Under the pieces are notes generated by a model, which saw nothing but the letters and a program-made list of their open reading frames with translations, was not told the DNA's origin and ran no database searches. A DNA stretch of 64,000 nucleotides from assembly GCA_045545475.1 (NCBI GenBank), contig JAZQAZ010000014.1, positions 1 through 64,000 on the forward strand, read 5' to 3'. The stretch comes from Clostridia bacterium (GTDB lineage Bacteria; Bacillota; Clostridia; CAKSNL01; HGM11501). Position numbers and translations under genes: made by a program. Positions 45,141-55,883 of this stretch are shown piece after piece; within the stretch, counting starts at the first letter, position 1; every line of letters begins with the position of its first letter.

Positions 45141-45764
45141 ATGAAATTTATATTTGATATGGATGGCACGCTTATAGACTCTATGGATGCCTACGGCGGT
45201 GCGATGGTAAGATTTCTTGACGACAACAAAATAGAATATCCTTCCGATATAGTTAAGATAATAACGCCTCTTGGCTTTAAGGGCTCGGCAAAGTATTTTC
45301 TGACCCTGGGTGCGAAAAAAACAATTAATGAAATGCTTGCGGATTTTACGGAGTATATGATAGAGCCCTACACGAAAACAATCCCTGAAAAGGAAGGGGT
45401 AACGGAGACGCTTTTAAGGCTTAAAAAGGAAGGTCATTCATTAAATGTACTTACCGCAAGCCCCCACGTTACGCTTGACCCCTGCCTTAAAAGGCTGGGC
45501 CTTTTTGACCTTTTTGAAAACGTATGGTCATGCGACGATTTTGGTATGACAAAATCTGAACCGGAAATCTACGTTGAGGCGGCAAGAAGGCTTGGCACAA
45601 CGGTTTCTGAGTGTATATTCATTGACGATAATGTAAACGCCGTTAAAACCGCAAAGGAAGCGGGAATGCACGCCTGGGGCATTTACGATAAGTCCTCGGA
45701 TTCCTATGTGGATGAAATGAAAGAAATTGCAGAACGATATATATACACATTTTCAGAAATATAG
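45141..45764 (+). CDS. HAD family phosphatase
   Basis: FDMDGTLIDS, LTAS, KSEPEIY, FIDD. Confidence 0.92.
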   Translation: MKFIFDMDGTLIDSMDAYGGAMVRFLDDNKIEYPSDIVKIITPLGFKGSAKYFLTLGAKKTINEMLADFTEYMIEPYTKTIPEKEGVTETLLRLKKEGHSLNVLTASPHVTLDPCLKRLGLFDLFENVWSCDDFGMTKSEPEIYVEAARRLGTTVSECIFIDDNVNAVKTAKEAGMHAWGIYDKSSDSYVDEMKEIAERYIYTFSEI

Positions 45765-45779
45765 AAAAGAGGTATAAAG

Positions 45780-47663
45780 ATGAAAAGAAAGCTTTACGTT
45801 CCGCTTATGAACAAAGCGGTAACTGAAGAAACAAGGGAAACCTATCTTGATATGCTGAAAAAATGCGGAGCAGACACCATATTTCTCGCCAGCGGAGACA
45901 GAACGAATTTTTATACAGACGGCGAGGGAACGGCAAATCTTGAATCAAACATAAAATATTTTGAAGATAAGGGTTATGAGGTTGGCGTATGGATAACATC
46001 CCTCGGCTACGGAACTCCCATTGCGCCGAAATACATTCCTTATATAAAGGATTATACAAAAGTTAAGGGCGTAGAAACTATATGCTACGGTGATGGCTTT
46101 TGTCCCGAAGATGAGGCTTATATGGAAAAGTATCTCGCCTGGGTGGACAGGATTGTTAAAAAAGGCGTTAAGCTTCTTATGATAGATGATGAGCTTTGCC
46201 TTTCTGCAAGACCGGGACTTGGATGCTTCTGCGATAAGCATATAAAGCTTATGGAGGATGCACTCGGCGAAAGCTTGGAGGGGAAGGACCTTAAGGAACT
46301 TTTCTTTACGGGAAAGACAAACCGCTACAGAAAGGTATGGGAAAAAACCGTTGGCGACACGCTCCGCAATTTTGCGAAAAAGGTGCGTGCAAAGGTAGAC
46401 GAAACGGATAAAAATATTCGTGTGGGCTTTTGTGCAGGCTACACCTCCTGGGACATTGAGGGAGTTGATGCCCTTGAACTTACAAAAATCCTTGCAGGGG
46501 ACAATGCACCGTTCCTTCGTTTTACGGGAGCGCCTTACTGGATTTCAAAGTGGCTTAACAAGTTTCCGGGGCAAAACCTTTCAAGCGTTTGTGAAATGGC
46601 AAGAATGCAGGAGGGGTGGAGCAGAGGAAGCGGCGTTGAAGTTTTCGCCGAGGCGGACTCATACCCACGCCCCAGATATATGATTCCCGCAAGCTATCTT
46701 GAGTGCTTTGACGCAGCTGTTACCGCAAGCGGAAATATGGGACAGCTTAAATATATGTTTGACTATTATGCATCGCCCGAATATGAAACAGGCTATATGA
46801 AGCGTCATATTAAAAACAAACCGCTTTATGCATTTTTGGAGGAGCATTTTGCCGATAAAAAAGCATACGGCGTAAAGGTGTATGAGAAAATCCATAAGTT
46901 TACTGATATGACCTTGCCCAAGCGCTATACAAATTCTGCAGACCTTATGAAGCGCTCACTTTCTCCTGCATCATCAATGCTGGCGTTTCTGGGTGTGCCC
47001 ACGGTTTATGCCGAGGACAGCGAATGTGCCATTGCCTTCGGAGAAAATGTAAAGGCGATAGAGAAAATGCCAAAGAAGCTTATTCTTGATATAACCGGTG
47101 CAAAAATCCTTAAAGAGCAGGGGATTGATACGGGCATTGAAAGCCTTACACCGATGGACGTTCCTACCCATATGATTTGCGGAAAGGTAAGAACTACACT
47201 TACCAATCCCTGGGCAGAGTATTATAACCTTAACCTTAAAAAAGGCACAGAGGTTAAATATTACTTTGAAGCACAGGATAAAGTTTTTCCCGGTGCATAC
47301 ACCTATAAAAACGGAGATACTGAATTTTTGGTATTCTCCTTTGACGGATTTATAAATAAGTACGACAGCGGACTTTTTACATCCTACATCCAGGAAAAGA
47401 CCGTAAAGGATTTCCTTGGCGATGAGTTTTGCTATATAAGAAAAGAGCCTGCGGTTTATCAGATTTGTAAGCGTGACGAAGACGAAACAGCCGTATTTTT
47501 TGAAAACCTGTGGGAGGATAGTCTCTTCGATTTTGAAATTGAGCTCGATAGGGAGTATAAAGAAGTTTCCTTCTTCGGCGCAGAGGGAATTCTCTGCGGC
47601 AAAAAAATAAAAATAACAAGTGAGATTGCACCCTACGGTATGTTTGCAGTGGTATTAAAGTAA
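45780..47663 (+). CDS. Hypothetical protein, possible glycoside-hydrolase-like TIM barrel with C-terminal domains
   Basis: Long intact ORF with RBS; FCP, MIDDEL, GCFC.KH motifs; function inferred only. Confidence 0.55.
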   Translation: MKRKLYVPLMNKAVTEETRETYLDMLKKCGADTIFLASGDRTNFYTDGEGTANLESNIKYFEDKGYEVGVWITSLGYGTPIAPKYIPYIKDYTKVKGVETICYGDGFCPEDEAYMEKYLAWVDRIVKKGVKLLMIDDELCLSARPGLGCFCDKHIKLMEDALGESLEGKDLKELFFTGKTNRYRKVWEKTVGDTLRNFAKKVRAKVDETDKNIRVGFCAGYTSWDIEGVDALELTKILAGDNAPFLRFTGAPYWISKWLNKFPGQNLSSVCEMARMQEGWSRGSGVEVFAEADSYPRPRYMIPASYLECFDAAVTASGNMGQLKYMFDYYASPEYETGYMKRHIKNKPLYAFLEEHFADKKAYGVKVYEKIHKFTDMTLPKRYTNSADLMKRSLSPASSMLAFLGVPTVYAEDSECAIAFGENVKAIEKMPKKLILDITGAKILKEQGIDTGIESLTPMDVPTHMICGKVRTTLTNPWAEYYNLNLKKGTEVKYYFEAQDKVFPGAYTYKNGDTEFLVFSFDGFINKYDSGLFTSYIQEKTVKDFLGDEFCYIRKEPAVYQICKRDEDETAVFFENLWEDSLFDFEIELDREYKEVSFFGAEGILCGKKIKITSEIAPYGMFAVVLK

Positions 47664-47696
47664 AAAAGAGTGTTCGCCGAAGCGAACACTCTTTTT
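47662..47696. terminator. Bidirectional terminator
   Basis: AAAAAGAGTGTTCGC...GCGAACACTCTTTTT. Confidence 0.9.
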
Positions 47697-47796
47697 ATTT
47701 TATTATATTTCCCATCATGGCAACAGCCCAGCGGGCGAAAATTATTAAAACGATAATTAAAATGATGTATAAATACATTTTCTTTTTCTTATCCAT
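47695..47796 (-). CDS. Unannotated 33-aa single-pass membrane peptide
   Basis: MDKKKKMYLYIILIIVLIIFARWAVAMMGNIIK; AAGGAG RBS 7 nt upstream, inside the end of the GH13 gene; fills the gap to the terminator. Confidence 0.65.
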   Translation of the reverse strand: MDKKKKMYLYIILIIVLIIFARWAVAMMGNIIK

Positions 47797-47797
47797 A

Positions 47798-49597
47798 TTA
47801 TTTCTCCTTGTATAATGCGAAGTTATCGCCTGAAATTATAATTTCCTTTCCCTCTGTCATATCTCTAACATCATTTCCTACATAAGCGTAAAGTTTCTCG
47901 GAATCGGTCATACGTTCCATTAATAAGCTTTTGTCATCCATGGTGATAAAGCGGGTATCGCCAAGTCTTAAAGCAATATGTGAGTTTTTTATTTCGGCAA
48001 GAACTTTGAAAAAATCAAGTATTTCAGAGTTTTCCTTGCCCCAGGGATAAAATGCACGGTTAAAGGGGTCTTCAAATCCCTCCATTCCGGCTTCGTCACC
48101 GTAGTATATACAGGGACAACCGGGAAGACAAAACTGCAAAAATGCTGCAGTTTTAAGACGCTGTATGGCTTTTTCTTTCATTTCACCGGAAAGGCGGAAG
48201 AAAGCTCTTTCTTCTCTTTTCTCCATATAAGGAGCGTCCGATAAAAGGGTTAAAATTCTTGGCGTGTCGTGGGTTGACAGGTTGTTCATCAAAGCGTCTA
48301 AAACGTCCTTGGGATAATTTTCGCATATGGTCATAACCGATGCGGCAAAATCCTTTGCACACATATTTCCCTTGACAAATGAAAGTATGGCATCCCTGAA
48401 AGGATAGTTCATAACCGAATCAAGCTCCGGTGCAGTAAAATAGCGTCGCCTTACGCTGTAGCTTATTTTGTTTGAGGCATCCTCCCACACTTCGCCCAAT
48501 ACTAAAGCATCAGGATTTATCTCTTTTACTCTTTTTCTTAGCTTTATAATAAATTCATCGGGAAGCTCGTCCGCTACGTCCAAACGGAAGCCGTCAGCAC
48601 CCAAAGTGAGCCAATGAGCAACTACGCTGTCAGAATCTTCTATTATATAATTAAGGAAGGATTCGGAAAGCTCGTTTACGCAAGGCAATGTGTCGATACC
48701 CCACCATGATGTGTAGGAATCGGGATAATTATTGAACTGATACCAGTCTTTATAAGGGGAGTCAGGATTATGATATGCTCCCATACCATATCGATTGTAT
48801 TTGTCAAAATATATGCTGTCACATCCTGTATGGGAAAATACGCCGTCAAGAAGTATTTTTATTCCAAGTTTGTGTGCCTTTTCGCAAAGAAGCTTAAAAT
48901 CCTCTTCTGTTCCCAGAAGCGGATCTATCTTCTTGTAGTCCGAGGTATCGTAGCGGTGGTTGGAATACGCCGAAAAAATTGGGTTTAAGTAAATTACGCC
49001 TACTCCTAAATCCTTAAGATAGGGGAGCTTTTTTATTATGCCTTCTATGTTCCCGCCAAAAAAGTCGTTATTTTGAATTATGCCCTTTTCATCGGGAAGA
49101 AAAACCGGAATGTCTCCTTCGTCATCGTGTAGATGATAGGGAGTTTTCTTATCCTCGGCAGAAAGAATTCTTTCCTTATAAAAACGGTCGGGAAAAATCT
49201 GATAATAAACCCTGCCTTTGAAGCAGGAAGGCACAGTGAAATCTGAAGGAATGCAAGATAACTGCCAGGATGCGCCTTCTTCCATATTGGTGTCACTATC
49301 GCCGCATTTATAAAGGTGGAAGGTTGAACATTCCGTCTCTATTAAAAAGTGGTAAAAGTAAAGCCCTGTCTTATAAAGAGAAAAGGTTTCGGAGTAGTAC
49401 TCGTAGGAATTTTCCTTTTTTATGCATGAGAGTGGAAGTGTTAATTTCATTCCCTCGTCTGATTCTATTAAAAGATATGCCCTTTTGGTTTTACAACTTT
49501 CGGGAATGTGTATGGAAATGGTACACTCCTCGTTCTTCTTAAGGCAACCGAAGGGCTTTTTATGAAGTTCTGATTTACTGTCGTATAAAATGCGCAT
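47798..49597 (-). CDS. GH13 glycoside hydrolase (neopullulanase/amylopullulanase-like)
   Basis: YQIFPDRF, SNHRYD, DGVFSH, DGFRLDVA, GEVW, STHD, YYGDE. Confidence 0.93.
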   Translation of the reverse strand: MRILYDSKSELHKKPFGCLKKNEECTISIHIPESCKTKRAYLLIESDEGMKLTLPLSCIKKENSYEYYSETFSLYKTGLYFYHFLIETECSTFHLYKCGDSDTNMEEGASWQLSCIPSDFTVPSCFKGRVYYQIFPDRFYKERILSAEDKKTPYHLHDDEGDIPVFLPDEKGIIQNNDFFGGNIEGIIKKLPYLKDLGVGVIYLNPIFSAYSNHRYDTSDYKKIDPLLGTEEDFKLLCEKAHKLGIKILLDGVFSHTGCDSIYFDKYNRYGMGAYHNPDSPYKDWYQFNNYPDSYTSWWGIDTLPCVNELSESFLNYIIEDSDSVVAHWLTLGADGFRLDVADELPDEFIIKLRKRVKEINPDALVLGEVWEDASNKISYSVRRRYFTAPELDSVMNYPFRDAILSFVKGNMCAKDFAASVMTICENYPKDVLDALMNNLSTHDTPRILTLLSDAPYMEKREERAFFRLSGEMKEKAIQRLKTAAFLQFCLPGCPCIYYGDEAGMEGFEDPFNRAFYPWGKENSEILDFFKVLAEIKNSHIALRLGDTRFITMDDKSLLMERMTDSEKLYAYVGNDVRDMTEGKEIIISGDNFALYKEK

Positions 49598-49613
49598 GTT
49601 TTACCTACCTTCA

Positions 49614-49646
49614 TTAAGGCACACAGGAAAATCCTGTGTGCCTTAA
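49614..49646. other. Intra-operon stem-loop between glgP and GH13 gene
   Basis: TTAAGGCACACAGGA-aaa-TCCTGTGTGCCTTAA, 15-bp perfect stem with no U-tract on the coding (minus) strand. Confidence 0.75.
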
Positions 49647-49655
49647 AAATTAGTT

Positions 49656-52073
49656 TCACTTCATGTACCAGATGTTCTTTGCATACTCATTTATTGCACG
49701 GTCAGCTGAGAAGATACCTGCCTTTGCAATATTGGTAAGGGACATCTTAGTGAATTTTTCTCTGTCCTTATAGGTTTCGGAAACCGCTTCCTGAGCTCTT
49801 ACATAATCGCCGAAGTCGGCAAGAGTCATATAAGCATCGGCTGTTCCGAAGGAACTTGTAAGGAGTGATTTAACAATATCATCAAAGTTTGAACCGAAGG
49901 AGCCGTTTGTAAGCATTTCAAGAATTGCGGAAAGCTCTCTGTCACGTCTTACGTAACTTAAAGGATCATAACCTTTTCTCCAAAGTGCCTCAACCTCAGG
50001 TGCTTTAAGACCGAAGAGGAACATGTTGTCGTCGCCAACCTGTTCGTGAATTTCGACATTTGCACCGTCGAGAGTGCCGAGTGTTACGGCACCGTTAATC
50101 ATAAGTTTCATATTACCTGTGCCCGAAGCTTCCTTTCCGGCAATGGAAATCTGCTCTGAAATTTCAGCTGCAGGAATGATGATTTCAGCCAAGGATACCT
50201 TGTAGTCTTCCAAGAATACAACCTTTATTTTTTCTCTTGCAACGGGATCTGCATTAATGGTGTTGGCAATTGCACAAATAAGTCTTATAACCTGCTTTGC
50301 CATGAAATAACCGCTGGATGCTTTTGCTGCAAAGATAAAGGTGCGGGGAGGAATGTCAAGGGCAGGATTTTCTTTAATCATGCGGTACATGTGGATTATC
50401 TGAAGTGCGTTTAAGAGCTGTCTCTTATACTCGTGAAGTCTCTTTATTTGCACATCGAAAATGGAATCCGGGTCAACATTTATACCGTTTGCAGTTGAAA
50501 TGTAGTTTGCAAGACGAATTTTGTTTGCACGCTTAACCTCACGGAGGGAAGCGAGAACTGTTGCATCTTCACGGAAGGATAAAAGATCTTCTAGCTTATT
50601 TGCATCCTTCATAAAGCCGTCACCTATTAAGTTTTTAAGAAGAGCGGTGAGTCCGGGGTTAGCCTGACAGAGCCATCTTCTGTATGCTATACCGTTGGTT
50701 ACGTTGGTGAAACGGTCGGGCGTCAAGGCATAATAATCATGGAAAATGCTGTCCTTTAAAATTTCGGAGTGAAGCTTTGATACGCCGTTTATCTTGTGGC
50801 AGGCAGCTAAGCAAAGATTTGCCATTTTGACTTCTCCACAAGAAATTGCCGCCATATAATCAATTTTTGCAACATCACCGGGATAACTTTCGTAAAGCCC
50901 GGAGGTAAGACGACGGTTAATTTCGACAACAATCTTGTAAACTCTGGGAAGAAGCTCCGAGAAAAGATGCTCAGGCCAACGCTCAAGTGCCTCGCTCATG
51001 ACGGTGTGGTTGGTGTAAGAAAGCGTACGGCAGGTGATATCCCACGCTTCATCCCATCCGAAGGAATACTCGTCCATTAAAATTCTCATAAGCTCGGGTA
51101 CACAAAGTGCGGGATGAGTATCGTTGATGTGAATAGCAACCTTATCGGGAAGATTTCGGAGTGTTCCGTAATTCTTCATATGGTTTTTAAGGATGCTCTG
51201 AAGAGAAGCGGAAACAAGAAGATACTGCTGCTTTAATCTTAAACGCTTACCTTCGATATGGTCATCTGCAGGATATAGTACTTTACTTATAACTTCCGCC
51301 ATGGTGTTTCTTTCGAGAGCCTTTAAATGTTCACCTCGTACGAAATAGTTAAGGTCAATGGATGCGGAGGAAGGGGATTTTGCACTCCAGAGTACCAGGG
51401 GATTAACCGCTTTTGAATTGTAGCCTGAGATAAAGAGGTCGTACGGAACGGCCATTACTGAGTTGTAGTTTACATGCTCAGACTTGAAGTTGCCGTTTTC
51501 AAACCATTCTTTAACTTCGCCGCCGAATTTTACTTCGAAGGCTTCATCCTGTCTCGGACGAAGCCAGGAATCACCAAGAGAAAGCCAGTCATCGGGAAAT
51601 TCCATCTGCCAGCCGTCAACAATTTTCTGACGGAAAATACCAAATTCGTAGCGGATGGAAAAGCCTGTTCCGGGAAGTCCCAGTGTAGTCATAGAATCCA
51701 TATAGCAGGATGCGAGACGTCCGAGACCGCCGTTGCCAAGACCTGCATCGGGTTCCATTTCGTAAAGCTCTGCAAGGTCAATTCCTACACCTGCCAGGAT
51801 GCTCTTTGCCTTTGCCTCAAGCCCCATGTTGAAGAGGTTGTTGTGAAGGGATGTTCCAACAAGGAATTCCATTGACATATAGAAAACCTGTTTTTTCTCC
51901 TTTGCGGTAACCTCGTCGGAGAAGTTCTTGCGTTCTTCTGCAAGCAGGTCACGAAGAACGGTGCAAAGTGTTTTGTATACCTGGATTTTTGAAGCCTCGG
52001 AAAGGCTACAGCCCGAACCTCTTAAGGATTCGGATTCAAGCAATTTTTTAAATTCGTCTTTTTTTAAGTTCAT
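49656..52073 (-). CDS. glgP: Glycogen/alpha-glucan phosphorylase
   Basis: GLGNGGLGRLA, INDTHP, YTNHT, KRLHEYKRQ, EASGTGNMK, TLDGANVE. Confidence 0.98.
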   Translation of the reverse strand: MNLKKDEFKKLLESESLRGSGCSLSEASKIQVYKTLCTVLRDLLAEERKNFSDEVTAKEKKQVFYMSMEFLVGTSLHNNLFNMGLEAKAKSILAGVGIDLAELYEMEPDAGLGNGGLGRLASCYMDSMTTLGLPGTGFSIRYEFGIFRQKIVDGWQMEFPDDWLSLGDSWLRPRQDEAFEVKFGGEVKEWFENGNFKSEHVNYNSVMAVPYDLFISGYNSKAVNPLVLWSAKSPSSASIDLNYFVRGEHLKALERNTMAEVISKVLYPADDHIEGKRLRLKQQYLLVSASLQSILKNHMKNYGTLRNLPDKVAIHINDTHPALCVPELMRILMDEYSFGWDEAWDITCRTLSYTNHTVMSEALERWPEHLFSELLPRVYKIVVEINRRLTSGLYESYPGDVAKIDYMAAISCGEVKMANLCLAACHKINGVSKLHSEILKDSIFHDYYALTPDRFTNVTNGIAYRRWLCQANPGLTALLKNLIGDGFMKDANKLEDLLSFREDATVLASLREVKRANKIRLANYISTANGINVDPDSIFDVQIKRLHEYKRQLLNALQIIHMYRMIKENPALDIPPRTFIFAAKASSGYFMAKQVIRLICAIANTINADPVAREKIKVVFLEDYKVSLAEIIIPAAEISEQISIAGKEASGTGNMKLMINGAVTLGTLDGANVEIHEQVGDDNMFLFGLKAPEVEALWRKGYDPLSYVRRDRELSAILEMLTNGSFGSNFDDIVKSLLTSSFGTADAYMTLADFGDYVRAQEAVSETYKDREKFTKMSLTNIAKAGIFSADRAINEYAKNIWYMK

Positions 52074-52118
52074 TGATATCGTCCTTTATAGATTATTAAT
52101 AGCAAGTTTTTTCTTAAG

Positions 52119-53546
52119 TTACACTAAGGAGTTGTAAATTGCTCCGTATTCCTTAACCGGCTCAGACCAACTTGAGTCATATTTCATAAGGGCCTTTATG
52201 TGCTTTTCACGTTTGGCTTCATCTCGCCAGAATTCTGCCGCTCTCTCTACTGCATTTAACATATCGTGAGCGTTGAAAAGCTTAAAGGTAAAACCTTTTC
52301 CTTCAAGTGTTTCGGTATTAAGTGCGGGTACCGTATCAAAAAGACCGCCGGTTTCACGGACTATCGGAATTGTGCCGTAACGCATTGCGATAAGCTGTGA
52401 AAGCCCGCAGGGTTCGCTCTTTGACGGCATTAAGAATAAATCGCTTCCTGCATAAATGCGGCTTGCCAAAGCACTGTTGAAGGTAATTAATGCTTTTAAG
52501 CGACCGGGATAGTAATATTCTGCAAAGCGGAACATTTCTTCAAAGCGGGAATCTCCTGTGCCAAGAACTACAAGCTGAAGATCATTTTTCATCATTTCGT
52601 GAATCACGCATTCAACCAGCTCAAGTCCCTTGTGAGAAACAAGACGAGTAACCATAGAAACTATGGGAACGTCATTTCTCACTTCAAGGCCAAGCTCCTT
52701 CTGAAGTTCCTCCTTACAGATGTATTTGCCCGAAGGATTGGTGGGGGAGAACTTCTTGGGGATGTTTTTGTCATTCTTGGGATTGTAAAGATTAGTATTT
52801 ATTCCGTTTACAATACCCGTAAGCTTGTATTCATTCTCTCTTAAAATGGGGTCAAGCCCGTGAGAGAAGTAAGCGTATTTTATTTCGTGAGCATATGTCC
52901 TTGAAACCGTTGTTATCTTGTCGGATGCCACAATTGCACCTTTCATAAAGTTGATGGCACCGTCATAAGTCAAGACATTTTTCCATTCGCCTGAAAGCTC
53001 CATAATGTTTTCTGAGAATTCCATGGGCATTCTGCCCTGATATTCAATATTATGGATGGTAAACACGGTTTTTATTTTGGAATATGCTTCTATGTGGGAG
53101 TAGCACGCCTTTAAGAAGACGGGAATCGTTGCCGTCTGCCAGTCATTCAAGTGAATGATATCGGGAAAATATCCGATTTCGGCAAAGGAGGCAAGGATTG
53201 CCTTTGAATAATAAGCGAAACGCTCACCGTCATCAAAATGACCGTAATAGCCCCCGTCACGAAGGAAATAAAATTCGTTGTCAATAAAATAATAGGTGAT
53301 ATTTTTGTTCTTAAGGGTAAATACACCCACATAAGTATCCCTGTAAGCAATGGAAACATAAAAGCTTTTTATAAACTCGGGATTGAATTCGGGGTTTTCC
53401 TTAAGTGATTTATAGTAGGGAAGCACCACCGAAACTTCGTATTCGGGATTATTGGAAAGCTCAGAAGGGAGTGCTTCGATTACGTCGCCAAGGCCACCGG
53501 ATTTTATAAACGGTGCACCTTCGCTTGCTGCGAAAAGTATTTTCAT
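52119..53546 (-). CDS. glgA: Glycogen synthase
   Basis: KSGGLGDV, NDWQT, TIHNIEYQG, MPSKSEPCGLSQ, TGGLFDTV. Confidence 0.97.
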   Translation of the reverse strand: MKILFAASEGAPFIKSGGLGDVIEALPSELSNNPEYEVSVVLPYYKSLKENPEFNPEFIKSFYVSIAYRDTYVGVFTLKNKNITYYFIDNEFYFLRDGGYYGHFDDGERFAYYSKAILASFAEIGYFPDIIHLNDWQTATIPVFLKACYSHIEAYSKIKTVFTIHNIEYQGRMPMEFSENIMELSGEWKNVLTYDGAINFMKGAIVASDKITTVSRTYAHEIKYAYFSHGLDPILRENEYKLTGIVNGINTNLYNPKNDKNIPKKFSPTNPSGKYICKEELQKELGLEVRNDVPIVSMVTRLVSHKGLELVECVIHEMMKNDLQLVVLGTGDSRFEEMFRFAEYYYPGRLKALITFNSALASRIYAGSDLFLMPSKSEPCGLSQLIAMRYGTIPIVRETGGLFDTVPALNTETLEGKGFTFKLFNAHDMLNAVERAAEFWRDEAKREKHIKALMKYDSSWSEPVKEYGAIYNSLV

Positions 53547-54661
53547 ACTGTTTCTCCTTTTTCTACAATTAAGGGAGCGTTTTTGGCACCCTTAAGTATG
53601 GTACCTGCAGATATTTTCGCATCCTTATCGATGATTGCGTATTCAATTTCGCAACCTTCGCCTATAACGCTGCCTTGCATGATGATTGAATTTTTAACAG
53701 ATGCTCTTTTTTCTATCTTGACATCACGGAAGAGGACGGAGTTCTCAATATGTCCCTTAATTCTGCAACCGTCTGCAACAAGACACTCGTCTGCAGAAGA
53801 ATCGGAAGAATAGAATGTGGGAACCTCGTCACGGACCTTGGTGTAAATGGGGCGTGCGGGGTTGAAAATATCACGTCTTAATTCTTCGTCGGAAATAAGA
53901 GCTAAGTTGTTATTAAAGTAGCTTGCGATGCTGTTGTTTCTTATAACCTTGCCCTTGAATTCAAATACATTTACATTTAATGTGCCTTTATTGAATTCAC
54001 GCTGGATTAAGTCACGCTCTAAGTGATGTTTGCCCTTGGAAACAGACTCTTTTATTGCGGCAACCAATTTCTGCTTTTCCATTATGTACATACCCATGGA
54101 GGCAAGAGTGCCGTCCTTCAATGCGGGATAGTCAACTAAAATTTCTGTCACCTTTTTCTTTGACATTTCCGTAATCATAGAATAATTTCTCTGCTTGTCT
54201 GCTTTAACCTTGTTGGCGATAACAGTTATGTCGGCACCGGACTTTATGTGCGATTCCAACGCATCGCCATAGTCGATGTTGCAGATTACGGTGGAGTCTG
54301 ATAAAACTACATAATCCTGGTCTATCTTGTCAAGAAATGAAAATGCGGAATAAAGTGCTTCAAGCTTTCCCTGATAAACCGTGGTCTGACCGGATGAGAA
54401 GGGGGGAAGAAGATAAACTCCGCCGTTTTTACGGTTTAAGTCCCATTCTGCTGAGGAACCCAGATGGTCCATAAGGGAATTGTAGTTATACTTTGTTACG
54501 ATACCCACATTGGTTATTGTGGAGTTTGACATATTGGACAAAACAAAGTCGATAAGACGGTATCTTCCGCCGAAGGGGAGAGATGCCACCGTTCTGTTTT
54601 TGGTAAGTAAGCCGAAATTTTCGTCAAAAAGATTTGAAAATATAATACCTGCCATATTCAT
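53543..54661 (-). CDS. glgD: Glucose-1-phosphate adenylyltransferase subunit GlgD
   Basis: SLPFGGRYRLIDF.LSNM; lacks GGxGxR; follows glgC. Confidence 0.95.
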   Translation of the reverse strand: MNMAGIIFSNLFDENFGLLTKNRTVASLPFGGRYRLIDFVLSNMSNSTITNVGIVTKYNYNSLMDHLGSSAEWDLNRKNGGVYLLPPFSSGQTTVYQGKLEALYSAFSFLDKIDQDYVVLSDSTVICNIDYGDALESHIKSGADITVIANKVKADKQRNYSMITEMSKKKVTEILVDYPALKDGTLASMGMYIMEKQKLVAAIKESVSKGKHHLERDLIQREFNKGTLNVNVFEFKGKVIRNNSIASYFNNNLALISDEELRRDIFNPARPIYTKVRDEVPTFYSSDSSADECLVADGCRIKGHIENSVLFRDVKIEKRASVKNSIIMQGSVIGEGCEIEYAIIDKDAKISAGTILKGAKNAPLIVEKGETV

Positions 54662-54675
54662 GGTTACACGCCTCC

Positions 54676-55866
54676 TTATATAATTTCCTTGGGCTTCACT
54701 ACGGTATTAGCCGCAATAATGTTGCCTTTGCCGATGACTGCAATGCCCCATTCCGACTTGGAATAGTATTCCGGCTTGTCGCCGATGCGGGCGTTTTTGT
54801 CAATTTCAACATTCTCGGAAAGGATGGCATATTTAACAGTTGCACCCTTTCTTATTATGGTGTTTGGCATAATAACGCTGTCTTCGACAACAGCATCTTC
54901 TTCAATGGTGCAGCCTGTGGAAATGATGGAGTTTTTAACACTTCCCTTTATGCTGCAACCTTCTGCAACGTAGGAATTATCAATAGTAGCACTCTTTGCT
55001 ATGTAGCTTGAGGGCTGGGCATAGTTTCTTGCATAAATTCTGAACTTGGAATCCTTTAAGTTAAGTCCGCTTTCGGGATCAAGCAGATCCATGTTTGCCT
55101 GCCATAAGCTGTCGATTGTTCCTACATCCTTCCAGTAACCTTCAAAGCCGTAAGCGAAAAGTCTCTTATTGTTTTCGATAAGCTTGGGGATGATGTTTTT
55201 GCCGAAGTCGTTGGAGGAGGTTTCGTCCTCTTCGTCTTCGATTAAATAATCACGAAGAAGCTGCCAATTGAAAATGTAAATACCCATGGAAGCCTTTGTG
55301 CTCTTGGGATTTTTCGGTTTTTCTTCAAATTCGTAAATGGAAGAATCGGGGTTTACGTTCATTATTCCGAATCTGCTTGCCTCTTCAATGGGAACATCCA
55401 GTACTGCGATGGTACATTCGGAATTTTTTTCCTTATGGAAATCAAGCATCTTTGAATAGTCCATTTTGTAGATGTGGTCACCTGACAGAATCAGGACATA
55501 TTCGGGGTTGTAACGCTCAATAAATGGAATGTTCTGGTATACGGCGTTTGCTGTGCCCTTATACCACTCGGATTTTTTACTCTTGGAGTATGGCGGAAGG
55601 ATATGTGCTCCGCCAAAATTACGGTTAAGTCCCCATGGGCGACCTGTGCCCACATAATCGTTAAGCTCCAAAGGCTGATATTGTGTCAGAATACCAACGG
55701 TGTCAATGCCGGAGTTTACGCAATTGGAAAGGGGAAAGTCGATAATTCTGTACTTTCCTCCAAAGGGAACTGCAGGCTTTGCGGTTTCCTCGGTTAAAAC
55801 CATAAGTCTGCTGCCCTGTCCTCCCGCGAGGAGAATTGCTACACATTCTTTGCTCTTGTTTAACAT
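54676..55866 (-). CDS. glgC: Glucose-1-phosphate adenylyltransferase
   Basis: [47 protein letters not shown]. Confidence 0.98.
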   Translation of the reverse strand: MLNKSKECVAILLAGGQGSRLMVLTEETAKPAVPFGGKYRIIDFPLSNCVNSGIDTVGILTQYQPLELNDYVGTGRPWGLNRNFGGAHILPPYSKSKKSEWYKGTANAVYQNIPFIERYNPEYVLILSGDHIYKMDYSKMLDFHKEKNSECTIAVLDVPIEEASRFGIMNVNPDSSIYEFEEKPKNPKSTKASMGIYIFNWQLLRDYLIEDEEDETSSNDFGKNIIPKLIENNKRLFAYGFEGYWKDVGTIDSLWQANMDLLDPESGLNLKDSKFRIYARNYAQPSSYIAKSATIDNSYVAEGCSIKGSVKNSIISTGCTIEEDAVVEDSVIMPNTIIRKGATVKYAILSENVEIDKNARIGDKPEYYSKSEWGIAVIGKGNIIAANTVVKPKEII

Positions 55867-55883
55867 TTAAAGCCCTCCTAACA

